Under the pieces are notes generated by a model. The model ran no database searches, had not been told where the DNA came from, and was given only the letters and a program-made list of their open reading frames with translations. 22,891 nt of DNA from contig JBDRRF010000112.1 in the NCBI GenBank assembly GCA_043825875.1, positions 1 through 22,891 of the forward strand, written 5' to 3'. The position numbers and the translations under genes are program-made. Source of the DNA: Pseudomonadota bacterium (GTDB taxonomy: Bacteria > Desulfobacterota > Desulfobacteria > Desulfobacterales > RPRI01). Shown one piece after another: positions 18,219 to 22,891 of this stretch (its first letter is position 1; each line of letters opens with the position of its first letter).

Positions 18219-18404
18219 ATGTTTAAAATCGAAGTGGATCCGGATAAATGTGTAGGGGACGAAGAATGTATAGAGGTCTGTCCGGTAGATGTATTTCAAC
18301 TGCAAAATGGTAAATCTGTTCCTGTAAGGTCGGATGATTGTCTTGGTTGCGAAAGTTGTGTTCAGGTTTGTGATTTTGTGGCTATTACTATTACTGAGGT
18401 ATAA
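18219..18404 (+). CDS. Dicluster ferredoxin, 7-Cys type ([3Fe-4S]/[4Fe-4S] or Asp-ligated)
   Basis: CVGDEECIEVCP and CLGCESCVQVC. ATG at 18219 gives a typical 61-aa protein (MFKIEVD); an alternative start exists at 18192. Confidence 0.9.
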   Translation: MFKIEVDPDKCVGDEECIEVCPVDVFQLQNGKSVPVRSDDCLGCESCVQVCDFVAITITEV

Positions 18405-18595
18405 ATTTAAAAGGCCTGCATTGAAATCTCACCATATAGGCTTACCTTCCGGACAACTTGTACGAATATCATATCCGAATATTTTATTTTCACACCATCT
18501 TCGATTGAAAAAAAAACAAATATTATTATATATTAATATTATTGATGCGGATTGTTCCTTTAACCAGGACATAAGGATTTTATAGGAGAATTTTC

Positions 18596-21500
18596 ATGCC
18601 AGAAGTTAATTTTACGATTAATGGGAAAAATGTAAAAGGAGAAGCAGGCCAGAGTATTCTGGAAGTAGCAAGACGGGAAGGTGTTTTCATTCCTACCCTT
18701 TGTCATCATCCCCTTCTTAAACCGGAAGAGTCTTGCCGGATATGTGTAGTAGAAGTAAAAGGTGAACCACGCCCGGTGACATCATGCTCTTTTAAGATTG
18801 CTGAGGGGATGGAAGTTGAAACTGATACAAACAATGTAAGGGAATTTCGTAAAAACATACTTTCTCTGCTTCTTGAGCAGCATTACGGAGATTGTTTAGC
18901 GCCATGTCATATGACTTGTCCTGGACATCTTGATATCCAAGGTTATGTTGCTCATGTAGAAAGAGGCAATCCTATTGAAGCCCTTCGTCTGATAAAAGAA
19001 AAAACTCCTTTTGCTGCAACACTTGGTAGAGTTTGTCCGCATCCATGCGAAAATGAATGCCGTCGCACACGTGTTGAAAAAGCTATAAACATCAAAGATC
19101 TGAAAAGATATGCAGCTGACTATGCTGCCGAGCGCGGAATCAGGGTAACAGCCACACCGCCGCCAGATACCGGTAAAAAGGTAGCAATAATAGGAGGTGG
19201 ACCTTCCGGTCTTGCCGCAGCTTATTATCTGCGTCTTAAAGGACATGGGGCAACCGTATATGACGCCATGCCCAAGCTTGGCGGTATGTTAAGATATGGT
19301 ATTCCCGAATACCGTCTTCCAAAGGCTGTGCTTGATCAGGAGATACAGGAGATTTTGGATCTCGGAGTAACGGTTAACGTAAACAAGAAATTCGGAAAAG
19401 ATTTTACTCTGGCATCACTAAAAAGCGAGGGTTATGATGCAATATTTCTAGCCATAGGAGCATGGAATTCTTATAAACTTGGAATTCCAGGAGAAGAAAT
19501 GCGCGGGGTCATGTCTGCTATCGAATTTCTCATTCGAACCGCCTCCGGAGATCCGCCGCCAGTTGGTAAAAAGGTGGTAGTAATCGGTAATGGGAATACA
19601 GGTATGGATGCAGCCCGAAGCTGCCTTCGCATGGGTGCAGAAGAAGTAATAATGCTTTATCGCCGTACAAAAGCTGAAATGCCTGCTAACCCGCAGGAAA
19701 TTCATGATGCTGAAGAAGAAGGCGTAAAGATTCATATTCTGGCCACTCCGACAAGAATTATTTCCAAAGACGGAGTTTTTTCCGGTGTGGAATATCTTAA
19801 AAATGAACTCAAAGCCGCAGACAGCAGCGGTCGCCCGAGTCCTGTTGCTATTGAAGGTTCCGAAACAATACTTGAAGCTGATCAGGCTATTATATCCATC
19901 GGACAATTTTCCGATGTACAATTTTTGAAAGAGGATACGGAACTTAAAGAAGCCGCTTTTACGAAAAAAGGGATTCCCGAAACGGATACAAACACCCTTC
20001 AATCATGTATTCCTTATCTGTTTTTAGGCGGAGATCTGTTAAGGGGCCCGAGAACCGTTATTCAGGCAAGTGCAGACGGACGAGAGGCTGCCTTGTCTAT
20101 ACACAGCTATCTGACACAAGGAGCAGTTATTCCCGATGCCAAACCTTTTAATATAGTAAAAGGGAAATTGAGTGAGGTAGACCCGGTTAATTTTGAAAAT
20201 ATTAAAAGCCGTCCGCGTAACGAAACCCCGATTTTACCGGTTTCTCAAAGAGTTAAGAGCTTTGAGGAAGCTGAACTGGTGTTATCCGAGGCTCAGGCCA
20301 AAGAAGAAGCCGAAAGATGTCTTTCCTGCGGATGCCTGGACAGTTTTAATTGTCTTCTAAGAAAATATGCAACAATTTATGATGTTGATGCAAGCAAGCT
20401 GACTTTCTGGAAGAGCCCCAAATATAAAATAGAAAATTCTCATCCTTTTATAACTGTTGATCCAAACAAGTGTATCGTATGCCGCAGATGTGCCGTAGGA
20501 TGTGATAATTACCAGATTCAGTATGCCATAAAAGTAGAAGAGGTTTCCGGTGAAGACCGAATCGGTCCGCCACAATATGCTCCAAGCATTAATGATAAGT
20601 GTGTTGACTGCGGTTTATGCGTAGGAAATTGTCCTACCGGCGCACTCCAGGAAAAGACAAAAGGCAAGCCCGGTCCTTTTGAGCTTAATAAAATTCGAAC
20701 AACATGCACATATTGCGGTGTCGGATGTCAGATATATCTAGCAACATCAGGCAACCAGATAGTAAATGTTGAAGGTGTTCCGGGAGTTGCGCCTAATTAC
20801 GGTCATCTTTGCGTGAAAGGTAGATTTGCCTTTGATTTTATTAATGACCCGGAACGGTTGCGCAAACCTATGATAAAACAAGATGATGGCAGCTTCAAGG
20901 AAGTAAGTTGGGAAGAGGCATTAGATCTTGTTGTACGCCGGTTTGCAGCAATAAGAGATGAATACGGGCCTGATACATTGGCCGCTCTTACTTCTGCAAG
21001 GATAACAAATGAAGAGAATTATGTGGTGCAAAAACTTGCCAGGGCAGTATTTAAAACCAATAATGTAGATCATTGTGCGCGTCTCTGACATTCTTCCACA
21101 GTGGCCGGTCTGGCCGCAGCATTCGGAAGCGGAGCAATGACAAATACTATTGGAGATCTTGATGAAGCGGATGTAATTTTACTTACAGGCTCAAATACTA
21201 CCGAAAATCATCCTGTAATATCTTCTTATATCAAGAGAGCAATAAAATTTAAAGGAACAAAACTGATTGTTGTAGATCCAAGAAGAATTAATATGACCTT
21301 GTTTTCAAGAAACTGGCTCAGGCCAAATCTTGGAACTGATGTTGCCTGGATTAATGGCATGATTCACGTAATTATTAAGGAAGAACTTTTTGATAAAGAT
21401 TTTGTTCAAAACCGTACAACCGGTTTTGAAGATTTAAAAAAGGCGGCGGAAAAATATACACCTGAATATGTTGAAACAATAACAGGTATTCCTTCGCAAA

Positions 21501-22723
21501 GCCTTATTGAAGCAGCAAGGATGTATGCCGGAGCAAAAGCGGGGGCCATTGTTTACTGCATGGGCATCACCCAGCACACAACAGGAACAGACAATGTAAA
21601 GTCTTTGGCGAATCTTTCCATGCTTTGCGGCAATCTTGGAATCAGAGGTGGAGGAGTAAATCCACTGCGTGGCCAGAATAATGTTCAGGGTGCATGTGAT
21701 ATGGGAGGGCTTCCCGATGTATTTTCCGGTTATCAGAAAGTTATTGATCCTGCCGCAAGAGAAAAGATGGAAGCTGCCTGGGGAGTTTCGGGACTTTCGG
21801 ATAAGCCCGGTTTAAAGGCTACTGAAATGATACCGAAAGCCCATGATAAAAGTTTAAGAGCGCTTTATATTGTAGGTGAAAATCCGCTGATTTCCGATCC
21901 TGATATTAATCATGCCGAAAAATGCATAAAAAATCTCGATTTTCTTGTTGTGCAGGATATTTTTATGACAGAAACGGCAAAGCTTGCGGATGTTATTTTG
22001 CCTTCAGCCTGTTTTGCAGAAAAGGAAGGAACGTTTTCAAATACCGAGCGCAGAGTTCAGCGGGTGAGAAAAGCAGTTGAACCGCCGGGAGAAGCAAAAG
22101 AAGACTGGAAAATTACCTGTGAAATCGCAAACCGCATGGGATATCCAATGGCATATGAAAGCAGTGAAGCCATACTGGAGGAAGTTTCCAAAGTAACTCC
22201 TGCTTATGCCGGGATAAATTATGACCGGATAGATCAGGAAGGCATTCACTGGCCATGTCCGAGTTTAGATCATCCTGGCACGCCTATTTTACATACGCAG
22301 GCCTTTCCCATAGGAAAAGGTGTATTTCATGCAATTGAATATATACCTCCGGCTGAACAAACTGATAATGAATATCCATTTTATCTGACAACAGGCCGAG
22401 TTATTCATCAATACCATACCGGCACCATGACAATGAAATCGGATGGAATAAATGAAAGGGCCCCGGAGAATTTTGTTGAGATTTCTTCTTCTGATGCAGA
22501 AAAATTCGGTTTTGAAGATGGTTCAATGGCAAAAATTATGTCTAGAAGAGGAGACATTACCGCAAAAATAAAAATATCCGCAACTGCAGTTAATGGAACG
22601 GTTTTTATCCCATTTCATTTTGCAAAGTCTGCCGCAAATAAATTGACAAATGCTGCCCTTGATCCTGTTTCAAAAATTCCGGAATACAAAGTCTGTGCAG
22701 TAAAGTTGTCAAAAGCAGCATGA
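18596..22723 (+). CDS. fdhF: Selenocysteine-containing formate dehydrogenase alpha subunit (Mo/W-bis-PGD) fused to a NuoG-like Fe-S region and a GltD-like FAD/NAD(P)H domain; 1375 aa, Sec831 at TGA 21086-21088
   Basis: ORFs 18596..21088 and 21101..22723 are in the same frame and read DHCARL-TGA-HSSTVAGL. Motifs CTYCGVGC, LCVKGR, PLRGQNNVQGACDMG, LTTGR, PEYK; GGGPSG and GNGNTG dinucleotide motifs. RBS AGGAGA. Confidence 0.93.
21086..21117 (+). promoter_or_regulatory. In-frame UGA plus bacterial SECIS element
   Basis: Stem GUGGCC (21101-21106) / GGCCGC (21112-21117) with apical GGUCU, 12 nt after the UGA. Resembles the E. coli fdhF SECIS upper hairpin. Confidence 0.88.
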
Positions 22724-22753
22724 TGATTTTTTAATAAAATATATAATAAAAGA

Positions 22754-22891
22754 GCCACTTTCAAAACGTTTCAGTTTGGTCAAGCTCAAGGCGGGCGAAA
22801 ATTTCAACCACAGGAATACATTTAGTATTTCGAGGATTGAAATTTGAGCCCAACGCAGAGATCGGCCAAAATGGGGCGTTTTGAAACTGGC
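22754..22891. mobile_element. ~140-bp palindromic MITE/ERIC-like element, reaching the window edge
   Basis: Terminal inverted repeats GCCACTTTCAAAACG (22754-22768) and CGTTTTGAAACTGGC (22877-22891), 14/15 match. Nested internal IRs (GGGC/GCCC, AATTTCAA/TTGAAATT, AATAC/GTATT). No ORF. Confidence 0.7.

Noticed and set aside
18334..18585. 83-aa ORF between the ferredoxin and the FDH
   Set aside because: Overlaps the ferredoxin out of frame, runs through low-complexity AT-rich spacer and has no motif. The region more likely holds an internal promoter (TTGAAA 18505 / TATATT 18529), itself too weak to call.
6312..22249. Numerous 60-184 aa antisense or alternate-frame ORFs inside the nuo and fdh genes (e.g. 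7330..7812, 8498..8836, 19448..20002)
   Set aside because: Largely or fully nested in conserved genes, with no recognisable motifs.
18596..22723. Two separate genes or a nonsense-mutated pseudogene
   Set aside because: The TGA is in frame at the catalytic Sec position and is followed by a SECIS-like hairpin.

Overview
AT-rich bacterial window, most consistent with an anaerobic Desulfobacterota-like organism (inferred from gene content only). It has two divergent halves. Left (39-5307, minus strand) is an accessory locus: an N-terminally truncated Ig/PKD-domain protein followed by three tandem ~1.25-kb copies of a two-gene unit. Gene A encodes a signal-peptide beta-sandwich protein. Gene B encodes a signal-peptide protein with phospholipase C/S1-P1 nuclease Zn-ligand motifs. 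The copies are mosaic, two B copies end at an identical breakpoint, and each copy carries a different ~380-bp hypervariable segment that spans the A/B gene junction. Right (5858-22723, plus strand) is a complex-I-like operon, nuoABCDHIJK-[MrpD-like]-[small membrane protein]-[NuoL/MrpD-like]-nuoMN. It lacks canonical nuoEFG and has four antiporter-like subunits and a lengthened lateral helix. Downstream are a flavin-less NuoF/HydB-like Fe-S protein, a 7Fe-type ferredoxin, and a 1375-aa selenocysteine formate dehydrogenase with an internal GltD-like FAD/NAD(P)H domain; the ORF track splits this gene at a UGA that is followed by a SECIS hairpin. The window ends in a ~140-bp palindromic MITE-like element.
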